Positions 5,962 to 14,875 are shown, counted from the first letter of the stretch. The stretch: 16,169 bases of DNA from Candidatus Krumholzibacteriia bacterium (GCA_036478295.1 JAZGDW010000131.1:1-16169); one strand, 5' to 3'. Program-made: numbers and translations. The notes: generated by a model not told the origin, from the sequence alone.

Positions 5962-7837
5962 GAGTCTCGCCGGTTGCCTGCCCACTGCGCTTGCGCTCGA
6001 GATGGACAACGAGGATCGACAAGTCCGAGGCCCGTACCCCGGAGATACGGGATGCCTGCCCGACGGTCTCGGGCCGCCGGGCCTGGAGTTTCTGGCGGGC
6101 TTCGGTACTCAAGCCCTGGATGCGCCCGTAGGGAAAATCCAGTGGGATCGTCTTGCGTTCCATCGAACGGACAGACTCGATATCGCGCTCCTGCCGTTCG
6201 ATATAACCGATGTACTTGACCGCGCATTCCACATGGTTATCGAGACCCGTGGGGATATTCGTATCCGCAATCCAACGCCTCAAATGGTGGAATCTCACCT
6301 CGGGGCGCTTGAGCACCTGGAGCAGGGTGGCGGGTTTGTTGACCGGCTCGAGGCCCTCGTTTTCGAAGTGCCGGTTGCCGAGTTCGGTCGGAAAAACGGT
6401 GTTTTCCATGTTTTTCACGAGACTTCCGACCTTGTCTATCCGGCGCTGTACGATCTCCCAGGCGGCTGCAGGTACCAGCCCCAGACCCACGCCGTATTTC
6501 ATCAGGCGTTCGTCCGCGTTGTCCTGGCGCAGGAGCAGCCGGAACTCGGCCCGGGACGTGAACATCCGGTAGGGCTCATCGATCTCTTTGGTCGTAAGAT
6601 CGTCGATCAGCACGCCGATATAAGCTTCGTCGCGTCCCAGGATAAAAGGCTCCGCTCCGCGCATGGCCAGGACCGCGTTCAATCCCGCCACGAACCCCTG
6701 CGCGGCGGCCTCCTCGTAACCCGAGGTTCCGTTGACCTGCCCGGCGAAATACAACCGCTCGACATACTTGGACTCGAGCGTCCTTTTCAGCTGTTCGGGT
6801 GGAAAGAAGTCGTACTCGACAGCGTATCCCGGGCGCGCGATGACCGCGGTGTCTAGCCCCGGAATCGCTTGCAGGATATCGTGTTGGACATCCACCGGGA
6901 GACTGGTCGAAATGCCATTCAGATACAATTCCGGATGCTCACGTCCTTCGGGCTCGATGAAGATCTGGTGGCGGATCTTGTCTGGGAACCGGACGACTTT
7001 GTCCTCGATCGACGGACAGTAGCGCGTACCGATGCCGTCGATGTCGCCGCGGTACATCGGTGCGCGATCGAGGTTGCGGCGAATCAGGTCATGGACCGCC
7101 GGGTTGGTTTGCGTAAGATAGCACATCACCTGCGGCTGCGTGATGGAACGCGTCCGGTAGGAAAAGGGTGTGGGCACGGCGTCCCCCGGCTGGGGTTCGA
7201 AGCGGCCGAGGTCCACCGAGTTGCGCAATACCCGCGGTGGGGTCCCCGTCTTCAGACGCCCCATCCGAAAGCCACAGGCACGCAGTGACTCCGAAAGGCG
7301 GGTGGTCTCGGGCTCCCCTTCACGACCCCCACCGACTTTTCGCTGGCCGATATGCATGAGCCCCTTGAGAAAAGTCCCCGTGGTCATCACACAGGCGGTA
7401 CCCCCGAGCTGGGTCCCGTTGCTCAACTTAACTCCTTGAAAACAATTACGTTCAATTGTTATACTCGCGACTTCCGCTTCGATGATTTCAAGGTTTTCTT
7501 GATTTTCAACGGTATATCGCATCGTCTGGCTGTAATGATCCTTGTCTACCTGGGCCCGCGGCGACCACACAGCCGGCCCCTTGGCCCGGTTGAGCATCCG
7601 AAACTGAATGCCGTTCCGATCAGTCGCGCGCCCCATCTCCCCTCCCAGCGCATCCAGTTCCTTGACCAGGTGGCCCTTGGCCAGTCCGCCGACGGCCGGG
7701 TTGCAGGGCATGTAGCCGATGCGGCACGACTGCAGCGTTAGCATGGCCGTCTTCAGGCCCATGCGTGCCGACAGCAACGCCGCCTCGCAGCCGGCGTGCC
7801 CGCCACCGATGACAATGAGATCGTAGTTCGTACTCAC
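5939..7837 (-). CDS. mnmG: tRNA uridine-5-carboxymethylaminomethyl(34) synthesis enzyme MnmG (GidA)
   Basis: VIGGGHAGCEAA, CNPAVGGLAKG, RLKTGTPPR, RYCPSIEDK, AGQVNGTSGYEEAAAQG, PYRMFTSRAEFRL. Confidence 0.98.
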   Translation of the reverse strand: MSTNYDLIVIGGGHAGCEAALLSARMGLKTAMLTLQSCRIGYMPCNPAVGGLAKGHLVKELDALGGEMGRATDRNGIQFRMLNRAKGPAVWSPRAQVDKDHYSQTMRYTVENQENLEIIEAEVASITIERNCFQGVKLSNGTQLGGTACVMTTGTFLKGLMHIGQRKVGGGREGEPETTRLSESLRACGFRMGRLKTGTPPRVLRNSVDLGRFEPQPGDAVPTPFSYRTRSITQPQVMCYLTQTNPAVHDLIRRNLDRAPMYRGDIDGIGTRYCPSIEDKVVRFPDKIRHQIFIEPEGREHPELYLNGISTSLPVDVQHDILQAIPGLDTAVIARPGYAVEYDFFPPEQLKRTLESKYVERLYFAGQVNGTSGYEEAAAQGFVAGLNAVLAMRGAEPFILGRDEAYIGVLIDDLTTKEIDEPYRMFTSRAEFRLLLRQDNADERLMKYGVGLGLVPAAAWEIVQRRIDKVGSLVKNMENTVFPTELGNRHFENEGLEPVNKPATLLQVLKRPEVRFHHLRRWIADTNIPTGLDNHVECAVKYIGYIERQERDIESVRSMERKTIPLDFPYGRIQGLSTEARQKLQARRPETVGQASRISGVRASDLSILVVHLERKRSGQATGETHAYSQPR

Positions 7838-7857
7838 GGTTTCATTCCCTTATTCAT

Positions 7858-7958
7858 GCGCCGGCGGCCCGAATCGCTCGGCAGCCACGGGGTTGTGCTG
7901 TGTGGAGCGGTTCATTCTTCACCGGCACGCGCCGCTTGGCGACTCGGGCCGCCGGCAC
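7858..7958 (-). repeat. Long inverted repeat / mRNA hairpin between mnmE and mnmG
   Basis: Arms 7858-7877 and 7939-7958 are 20-bp complements with two mismatches, both G-U pairs on the - strand. Confidence 0.75.
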
Positions 7959-7962
7959 GCCG

Positions 7963-9354
7963 CTACTTGCCGATGCAAAAACGTGAGAAGATTCGGTCGA
8001 GCAAGTCATCGCTGTAGCGTTTTCCCGTGGCTGATTCGTAGAACTGCAGCGCCTCCCGAGCGTCCAGCGCCAGTATCTCAAGGGGTGCGCGTTCTTCGAA
8101 CGAGCGCTCTAGCACCGACAGCTGCTCTCTTGCCTTCCCAAGTGTGGAGGCCAGCCGCGCGTTCAAAACCACCCTCTCCCGGGCGATCCAGCTTAGGTGA
8201 TCGCGCCCCGCGCATTCAACCAGTGTTTTCTTCAAGAGACCCATGCCGCTTCCGGTTTCGACCGATGTCCCGACGATTCGTCGTTCCGGGTGCTGCGCCT
8301 GCAGCATTTCGAACGTGATCTCCTGCGGCAGGTCCGTCTTGCTGAGCACGAGGATCGAGCGTTCAGGGTCGAGGGTCTGCATGATCGGCTCGATGTCGTC
8401 GGGCAGCGGCTCCGCGGCATCCACCACAAAGACGACGATGTCCGCTTCCTCGACCGCCGCCCTGGCCAGCCCGACGCCGATACTCTCGATGCGGTCCTCG
8501 GTGCCCCGCAGTCCCGCCGTGTCGTGGAGCATGAACAGCAGGCCTTCAAGCACGATGGCCTCGCGCAGCACGTCGCGCGTGGTACCGGGGATTTCCGTAA
8601 CGATGGCGCGGCTCTCTCCGACCAGATGGTTGAACAAACTGCTCTTGCCGACGTTCACCGGCCCCGCGATGGCAACACGATACCCTTCGCGAAAGGGTCT
8701 GCTAAACGCGGCGCCCGCGAGCAATTCGTCGAGTACAATGCCGTGTTTTTTCGCCAGCTCGACCGATGCCTCCACGTCGAGCGTGTCGATGCCGTCCTCG
8801 ATAAAATCGATGTTGGCCTCGATGAGGCTAAGGAGATCGAGCAGCTCGCCGGCCAGCGTATTTATCCGGTCCGAGAGCCCGCCCGCGAGTTGCTCTTGCG
8901 CAACCTGCTGCTGCAGCTCGCTGCGTGCATGTATGAGATCGGCCACCGCTTCCGCCTGGATAAGATCCAGCTTGCCGTTGAGAAACGCCCGTTTGGTGAA
9001 CTCGCCGGCCTCCGCCGGCCGGGCGCCCGTGGAGTACAGCAGGTTCAGTATCCTGGAAACGAGGGCGGCGTTGCCGTGACAGCTGATCTCCACGGTATCC
9101 TGCCCGGTGTAGGAATGGGGGCCTCGCATGACCGCACACATCACTTCGTCCATCACCTCGCTGCCATGGACCAGGTACCCGTGATAGATGCGGTGGTGTT
9201 CGAACGCGGCGCCGTTCTTTCCAGCGCGATTCGACGAGTAGACTTTTCTTACAATGTCGAGTGTATCCGCACCGGACACTCGAATGACCGCGATGCCGGA
9301 TTGCCCCGCCGGTGTCGAGAGCGCGGCGATGGTATCCTGGTTCCCGCCGTGCAT
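7963..9354 (-). CDS. mnmE: tRNA modification GTPase MnmE (TrmE)
   Basis: DTIAALSTP, GEFTKRAFLNGKLDL, GPVNVGKSS, IPGTTRD, DTAG, C-terminal FCIGK. The ATG at 9354 follows the jag stop; the ORF-track start at 9441 lies inside jag. Confidence 0.97.
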   Translation of the reverse strand: MHGGNQDTIAALSTPAGQSGIAVIRVSGADTLDIVRKVYSSNRAGKNGAAFEHHRIYHGYLVHGSEVMDEVMCAVMRGPHSYTGQDTVEISCHGNAALVSRILNLLYSTGARPAEAGEFTKRAFLNGKLDLIQAEAVADLIHARSELQQQVAQEQLAGGLSDRINTLAGELLDLLSLIEANIDFIEDGIDTLDVEASVELAKKHGIVLDELLAGAAFSRPFREGYRVAIAGPVNVGKSSLFNHLVGESRAIVTEIPGTTRDVLREAIVLEGLLFMLHDTAGLRGTEDRIESIGVGLARAAVEEADIVVFVVDAAEPLPDDIEPIMQTLDPERSILVLSKTDLPQEITFEMLQAQHPERRIVGTSVETGSGMGLLKKTLVECAGRDHLSWIARERVVLNARLASTLGKAREQLSVLERSFEERAPLEILALDAREALQFYESATGKRYSDDLLDRIFSRFCIGK

Positions 9355-9361
9355 GGTGCTG

Positions 9362-10039
9362 TCAGGACGTGTTTCCGGTTTTTTCCGAAAACTCGCTGCC
9401 CTGTGGAGTGATGACCACTTTTCTGAGTAGTCCGTCACCAATAGTGTACGTGGTGACGTCGTTGTGGTCGGAGATGGCCAGGTGGATGATACGGCGATCC
9501 GATGCCTTCAGTGGTTCGAAATCAAAATCCTTGCCCGTCTTGCGAACACGCTCGGCAAACTTGCGGGCGCGCTCGATGAGGAGCCGGTGCTTGCGCTTCA
9601 CGTAGCCACCGACGTCGAGGGTAACCTTGCTGTGCTCGCCGATGCGGCTCGTGAAAATCCGGTTGACCACGTGCTGCAGCGAGCTCAAGGTCTCGCCCCG
9701 GCGGCCGATGAGAAGCCCGTCCAGGCTCGTCGTGCTGACGTTGATGAACGTGGTGTCCGTCATCTCTTCGATGTTAAGCTCGTATTCGACGCCCATCAGC
9801 GACAGCAGCTTGTTGATAATTTCTTTTAGCACCACGATATGATTGCCCGCGCGCTTCGCCTCGCGAAGGGCCACGCGGATAGTCACCGATTTTGACCCAA
9901 AGAGCCCGCTCAGAAATCCCTTGTTGCTGCCCTCGAGTATCTCGATGTCGACGTCCTCGGGCCTAGCACCCAGCTCACGCAGTGCTTTTTGCAGCGCTTG
10001 CTCGATGGTTTTTCCAGAGCTCTCGATCGATCGCGTCAT
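9362..10039 (-). CDS. jag: RNA-binding protein Jag/KhpB (EloR)
   Basis: Jag_N domain (GKTIEQALQKAL, KGFLSGLFG), KH domain (LIGRRGETL), R3H domain (DRRIIH); downstream of yidC. Confidence 0.95.
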   Translation of the reverse strand: MTRSIESSGKTIEQALQKALRELGARPEDVDIEILEGSNKGFLSGLFGSKSVTIRVALREAKRAGNHIVVLKEIINKLLSLMGVEYELNIEEMTDTTFINVSTTSLDGLLIGRRGETLSSLQHVVNRIFTSRIGEHSKVTLDVGGYVKRKHRLLIERARKFAERVRKTGKDFDFEPLKASDRRIIHLAISDHNDVTTYTIGDGLLRKVVITPQGSEFSEKTGNTS

Positions 10040-10041
10040 CG

Positions 10042-11895
10042 TTACCCTTTCTTTGCTTTCGATTTCAGGGGTATTCTTTTTGCCGGGCGTTTGGCCAGCG
10101 TGTTCTTGGGTTTTTCCTCGTCGGCCTTTTTCTTTTCATCGTCGTCGGCACCCTTGTTGATGTAATACTGCTGGGCTACCGACAAGACGGTGTTGACCAG
10201 CCAGTACAGCACCAACCCGGACGGCATTCTGTAGAAGAGAAAGGTAAATACAATGGGCATCATGTATGTCATGGCCTTGGGCTGCGTCATCGTAGAAGAC
10301 GGGCCCGCGATAGACCCACCGATTTTCGACTGCAGCAGCATGCCCACACCCATCAGTATGGGAAGCACGCTGAAGGCGCTACCGATTACCGGTAGGCTAA
10401 AGGGCAATTCAAATAGCACGTCTTGCCGCGACAGGTCGTCCATCCAACCGAAGAACGGCGCGCGCCTGAGCTCAATGGTGTTGCGCAGCACGTTGAACAG
10501 GGCCAGAAACACGGGCATCTGCAACACCATGGGTAGACACCCGCCCAGCGGATTGACCCCGCCCTCTTTGTAGAGGCGCATTGTTTCCTTGCTGAGTTTT
10601 TGCTTGTCGTCCTTGTATTTTTCCTTGATCGCCGCGATCTTCGGCTGCAGCGCCTGCATATCGCGCATGGACTTGAAGCTCTTGTGCGTCAGCCGGTAGA
10701 AGAGAACCTTGGTAAAAATCGATATGATGAGAATGACGATTCCGTAGTTGGGAATGAACTTGTAGAGAGCAAGCAGGCTCCACAGGATTGCCCAGCTGAC
10801 CGGCTTGAAGATCTTTAGGGTATCGAAACCGATGTCGACGTTCTTCTCGAGGCTGCCGCGGTTCATGTCCTTGAGTAGTTCGTAGTCCAGCGGTCCCATG
10901 TAGACGTCGATGGCCTGGTCCACCCTTCCCCCGCGCTCGGCGGCGGCCAGCCGGATTGACGTCGTCATGAACTCTTGTTTATCGCTCGAGATTTCCACCT
11001 CTGCGCCGATCGGTTCCAGCGGGAGAAGGATGGCGGTGAAGTATTTCGTTTTCAGGGCCGCCCAGTGCAGGACCCCCGAAAACTCTTCCGTAAAATCCCC
11101 CCGCTTTTTCTTGTGGAATTCGTCCCCCAGACGGATATTGGCTCGAAACGAGGAGTAATCATCGCTGCGGTCCGGCTCGGTTGCCACGAGGCCCGGGCCC
11201 ATGCTCCACTCCACCTGCCGCACGAAGGGATAGTCCTGCGCCGTATAGCGCACGCCGCTGCGGAAGACATAACTATCCGGTGTAAATGTATAGTAGCGCT
11301 CGATACGGCGTCCGTTTTCAGCTTCCGCCCGGAAGACAATCGTTTTCTCCCCCTTGCCGGGATCGAGCCGGATCTCAGTGCCGCCGGCAATCGCCTCGCG
11401 CCGCCCTGGCAAATAGGGGTCAAACCTCACCCCGCCCAGCCGTAGAGCCTCGTCCTCGCCAGCCAGGCGCACGGCCAGGGCACCGCCGTCATCACGCGCC
11501 GCGATAAGCTCCACGGGCTCGCCGTCGGTTTCGTACTCCAAAAGTCGAACGGAAACAATTTCCGCACCGGCGGTGGACAACGTGATGTGGTACAGCGGGG
11601 TTGTGACACTGATTGTGGCGGCGCCGACCGTGGCGGCACGCGGCAGCTCGCCGGATCCGATGGTTTCCTCGACGGCGGTTGGCTGCTGGCTTTCCTCGAC
11701 GGCAAGCGGTTGGGTGGTCTCCCTCGCTTTGCCGGCTTCGGCGGCGGGTGTGTCGACCTTTTGTTCTGCCTGGCGGGCCAACTCAGATTGCCGTCTCAGC
11801 TCGGCTTCACGCTGGCGCGGCGCGTTGTAGAACATCTGGTAGCCCACAATGAGTATCGTGGACAGGAGAAAAGCAAGCAGAAGGCGGCGTTCCAG
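10042..11895 (-). CDS. yidC: Membrane protein insertase YidC (long periplasmic-domain type); probable CTG start at 11895
   Basis: NYGIVIL, MQALQPKI, NPLGGCLPMVLQMP, PSGLVLYWLVN. The frame stays open upstream of the tracked start, giving MERRLLLAFLLSTILIVGY (TM1), with GGGAG 7 nt before the CTG. Confidence 0.95.
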   Translation of the reverse strand: MERRLLLAFLLSTILIVGYQMFYNAPRQREAELRRQSELARQAEQKVDTPAAEAGKARETTQPLAVEESQQPTAVEETIGSGELPRAATVGAATISVTTPLYHITLSTAGAEIVSVRLLEYETDGEPVELIAARDDGGALAVRLAGEDEALRLGGVRFDPYLPGRREAIAGGTEIRLDPGKGEKTIVFRAEAENGRRIERYYTFTPDSYVFRSGVRYTAQDYPFVRQVEWSMGPGLVATEPDRSDDYSSFRANIRLGDEFHKKKRGDFTEEFSGVLHWAALKTKYFTAILLPLEPIGAEVEISSDKQEFMTTSIRLAAAERGGRVDQAIDVYMGPLDYELLKDMNRGSLEKNVDIGFDTLKIFKPVSWAILWSLLALYKFIPNYGIVILIISIFTKVLFYRLTHKSFKSMRDMQALQPKIAAIKEKYKDDKQKLSKETMRLYKEGGVNPLGGCLPMVLQMPVFLALFNVLRNTIELRRAPFFGWMDDLSRQDVLFELPFSLPVIGSAFSVLPILMGVGMLLQSKIGGSIAGPSSTMTQPKAMTYMMPIVFTFLFYRMPSGLVLYWLVNTVLSVAQQYYINKGADDDEKKKADEEKPKNTLAKRPAKRIPLKSKAKKG

Positions 11896-11910
11896 GTCAA
11901 TGCTCCCGCG

Positions 11911-12138
11911 TTAGAGGTGCTCCACCGGATCCGGTCCCCCCTCGTGCCACGGGTGGCAGCGAGAGATCCGGATAATCGTGCGACCGCTTCCACGCCAAGC
12001 GCCATGCTTGGCGATGGCCTGCGCGGCGTACTGCGAGCAGCTAGGATAAAATCGACAGCTCTTGGGGAGAAAAGGGGATACTATCTTCTGGTACGCAGCG
12101 ACCGCTGCAAGTAGTAGTCTGGCGAATTTCGTCATCAT
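11911..12138 (-). CDS. yidD: Membrane protein insertion efficiency factor YidD (start 12138 or 12135)
   Basis: YQKIVSP..CRFYPSCSQYA..AIAKHG..RISRCHPW..GGPDPV. Confidence 0.95.
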   Translation of the reverse strand: MMTKFARLLLAAVAAYQKIVSPFLPKSCRFYPSCSQYAAQAIAKHGAWRGSGRTIIRISRCHPWHEGGPDPVEHL

Positions 12139-12156
12139 TAAAAGGTGCAAAGATAA

Positions 12157-12513
12157 TTACGACTCTGCGTCGTGGCGCAGCAGACCCGCCCGCGCGAACT
12201 GCCCCTCCAATTCGGCGAGCAGTTCTTGATAACTTGCATTGAATATCCCGGTCCGCGCGACGAGAACAATCCAGGGGTTGTCGGTCAGCCGACCGGCAGT
12301 CTGCCTGGCCGCCTCGCGCAGCAGCCGTTTGGCCCGGCTGCGCTTTACCGCATTCCCGACCCGCCTGCTGGCGACGAAACCGAAGTGCGTCTCGTCCGCC
12401 GCTTCACCGGGGTGATAATAGAAAACAATCGCGCACTTGCCTTCGATTTTCCTGCCGCTGTTGTAGACTTCCCGAAACTGTGCCGGTTTTTGCAGGATCC
12501 GTAACACCATCAT
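12157..12513 (-). CDS. rnpA: Ribonuclease P protein component
   Basis: FGFVASRRVGNAVKRSRAKRLLRE (RNR-type motif); located between rpmH and yidD. Confidence 0.93.
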   Translation of the reverse strand: MMVLRILQKPAQFREVYNSGRKIEGKCAIVFYYHPGEAADETHFGFVASRRVGNAVKRSRAKRLLREAARQTAGRLTDNPWIVLVARTGIFNASYQELLAELEGQFARAGLLRHDAES

Positions 12514-12540
12514 TCTACCCGCCGGTAACGGGCAACCCGG

Positions 12541-12675
12541 TCAGACCGTGAGGAACTTGCGGCCCTTCTTGCGACGCCGCTTCAGCACCAGACGGCCGGC
12601 CTTGGTCCGCATACGAGCGCGAAAACCATGAACCCTGGCCCGACGTTGGTTTTTGGGTTGAAAAGTTCGCTTCAT
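12541..12675 (-). CDS. rpmH: 50S ribosomal protein L34, 44 aa (not in the ORF track)
   Basis: Manual translation [50 protein letters not shown] upstream. Confidence 0.98.
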   Translation of the reverse strand: MKRTFQPKNQRRARVHGFRARMRTKAGRLVLKRRRKKGRKFLTV

Positions 12676-12772
12676 CGTCTCTTCTCCGGGAAATCAACAG
12701 TAGAAAGTGCTATAAAATCAATACGTTAGCCCAAGAGGGCCACCGAGGCGCCACTCTGTCTTCAAATAATTG

Positions 12773-12801
12773 AAGGTACCCGATGGTGCCCCCAAAGTCA
12801 A
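12773..12801 (-). promoter_or_regulatory. Putative sigma70 promoter for the rpmH operon
   Basis: Minus strand TTGACT-17nt-TACCTT. Confidence 0.6.
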
Positions 12802-12874
12802 GCCAATTGTCTCCCCGAATAATCCACGGGCCAAAAGTCGATAACTGCTTGTTACTCAATCTGTTGGGGAATGC

Positions 12875-13106
12875 TGTGGGTAACTGTATTTTGCCCTTGA
12901 ACCCCTGCGGCTGTTTCTGCTAGCTTCAACAACGCTCAATCGAGTGTCATCTTCATTTTACACTTTTTTCCTTACACCTAGAGAAAACCCGCATCTTCGG
13001 AGAGACTTGTGAATAACCTTTCGCTACTCGCCGTTTGCTTTACCACAAGTTGTTATTTATTAACGAGTTATCGGTTTATCCCCAGTTGTGGATAAACCGT
13101 GGGTAA
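12875..13106. promoter_or_regulatory. DnaA-box cluster upstream of dnaA, with a putative dnaA promoter
   Basis: TGTGGGTAA 12875-12883, TGTGAATAA 13008-13016, TTTACCACA 13039-13047, TTATCCCCA 13076-13084, TGTGGATAA 13087-13095 (perfect), CGTGGGTAA 13098-13106. Candidate promoter TTGAAC(12897)-18nt-TAGCTT(12921) with TGn. Confidence 0.8.
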
Positions 13107-13235
13107 CAAACGGGTTCCCGCTTTCCCCTGAGCGGGTCCCCAGAAGTTGACCGAGACGGACCCACCGTCATTGGCGGCACTTATGCGTGACGTCTCAAGA
13201 TTTTCGACGCTCAGAAACCGAGGAAGGGTAAGGGT

Positions 13236-14597
13236 ATGTCCATCTCCCCGAACGACGGAGGTTACGACAGGATCTGGTCCGAGTTTCTCACGCGGGTCAG
13301 CACTATGGTTACCAAGCAGACCCTCGAGACGTGGTTCAAGCCCATGCGCCTCTCTTCCATCGAGAACAAACGAATTGGCATCGAATGTCCCAGCAAGTTC
13401 TTCATGGATTGGGTCGCCGAACACCACAAGGACAAGATCCGTTACGTGCTCAAGGACGTTCTTGAGTATGAACCGGCAGAGGTCTTTTTTGCCAATGGTA
13501 ATAATTCGCCTGACGACTTTCTGAGCCGCCGGCCGGAAATCGTGCGCGCCGCTACGGTCAAAAAGAAAGGCGTCAACGGCAGCGACCAACTCAATCCAAA
13601 ATACGTCTTCGACGAATTCGTCGCCGGCGCCAACAGTCGCATGACCTACGCCGCGTGCCTCGCCGTGGCAGAGAAACCCGGGGCTGTTTACAATCCTCTC
13701 TTCATCTACGGCGGTGTCGGTCTCGGCAAGACCCACCTCATGCAGGCCATCGGCCACCACGTCCTGAGCCACAACGATCGTCTTCGCATTCACTACAGCT
13801 CTGCCGAGATGTTCATGAACGAGCTCATCACGGCCATCCGCCAGGGTAAGAGCCACGAGTTTCGTGAGAAGTACCGTAACGTCGATGTTCTCTTGATCGA
13901 CGACGTTCAGTTCCTCGCCGGCAAGGAAAGTACACAGGAAGAGTTTTTTCACACCTTCAACGCTTTGCACGGTTCCAACCGGCAGATCGTCGTTACCAGC
14001 GACCGCCCTCCGAAGGAGATCCCCACTCTCGAGGAGCGGTTGGTTTCCCGCTTTGAATGGGGCCTCATATCGGATATCTCCACTCCCGACTACGAAACCC
14101 GTGTGGCCATTCTGCGAAAAAAAGTTGAGAAGGAGGATGTCCATATTCCAGACAATGTCCTTTGCTTTATCGCTGAAAATGTGACGAGTAACATTCGGGA
14201 GCTCGAGGGTAGTCTCGTCAAACTCCTCGTACACGCCAGCGTCTACAGCACCGACATCACGATTGAGGTGGCGAGAGAGGTGTTGAAAGAATTTATTAAT
14301 CATTTGCCCAAGAAGATAAATATCGCCATCATCCAGAAAGTTGTCGCGCAGTATTTCCAAGTGCCCGTGGACGCCATGAAATCAAAAGTGCGTACGGCCG
14401 CCTACGCCTACCCGCGCCAGGTCGCTATCTATCTCGCCCGCGAGATCACCCACTGCTCGCTGACGCAGATCGGGCAACGTTTTGGTGGTCGGGATCACAC
14501 CACGGTTATTCATGCCTGCCACAAGATCGCGGACAAGAGCGAGACCGATGTCTCGCTCAAGGCGACCCTGGAACAACTAAAAAAGGAACTCACCTGA
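13236..14597 (+). CDS. dnaA: Chromosomal replication initiator DnaA
   Basis: LNPKYVFDEFV, YNPLFIYGGVGLGKTHL, LLIDDVQF, QEEFFHTFN, RLVSRFEWGL, NIRELEG, FGGRDHTTVIHA. Confidence 0.99.
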   Translation: MSISPNDGGYDRIWSEFLTRVSTMVTKQTLETWFKPMRLSSIENKRIGIECPSKFFMDWVAEHHKDKIRYVLKDVLEYEPAEVFFANGNNSPDDFLSRRPEIVRAATVKKKGVNGSDQLNPKYVFDEFVAGANSRMTYAACLAVAEKPGAVYNPLFIYGGVGLGKTHLMQAIGHHVLSHNDRLRIHYSSAEMFMNELITAIRQGKSHEFREKYRNVDVLLIDDVQFLAGKESTQEEFFHTFNALHGSNRQIVVTSDRPPKEIPTLEERLVSRFEWGLISDISTPDYETRVAILRKKVEKEDVHIPDNVLCFIAENVTSNIRELEGSLVKLLVHASVYSTDITIEVAREVLKEFINHLPKKINIAIIQKVVAQYFQVPVDAMKSKVRTAAYAYPRQVAIYLAREITHCSLTQIGQRFGGRDHTTVIHACHKIADKSETDVSLKATLEQLKKELT

Positions 14598-14815
14598 AAG
14601 TTACCCAGAGACCTTGACAACTCATGTGGAAGGACTGTTGGCCGGGTTAGGGCTGTGGACAGGTCCGCTTTTTTCAACAGCAAACAAAGAAGGAATAAAC
14701 ACACGTACTGTGGTCAAAGTGCCTGCTACCAGAAGATGAAGCGGAAGTTACTCACATATCAACAGTCCCTACTACTACTACTCTTTATTTAGTTAACGTA
14801 GTAATAGTAATAAGC
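14598..14815. other. Probable oriC unwinding region: degenerate DnaA boxes, tandem boxes, GC spacer, DnaA-trios, AT-rich tract
   Basis: Degenerate boxes at 14625, 14654, 14671 and 14709; then TTACTCACA/ATATCAACA (14748-14764), GTCC, (CTA)4 at 14769-14780 and TTTATTTAGTTAA, as in the B. subtilis basal unwinding system. Confidence 0.85.
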
Positions 14816-14875
14816 TGGTAATTCGCACTACCCCGTTGGCCTTAACGCTACACCGATGTAGCATTTACAAAGGAC

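Noticed and set aside
8197..9411. 404-aa + strand ORF (also 5323-6219, 5882-6856, 8243-9079)
   Set aside because: Antisense shadows of mnmE, mnmG and rsmG, expected in GC-rich coding DNA.
12514..12543. rpmH TGA is in frame with rnpA and followed by a small hairpin (12516-12534): possible Sec-readthrough L34-RnpA fusion
   Set aside because: L34 ends at its normal length, there is no redox context, the loop lacks a leading G, and in-frame spacing arises one time in three by chance.
12515..12697. 60-aa - strand ORF
   Set aside because: Wrong-frame overlap of rpmH.
13068..14360. 430-aa - strand ORF
   Set aside because: Antisense shadow of dnaA.
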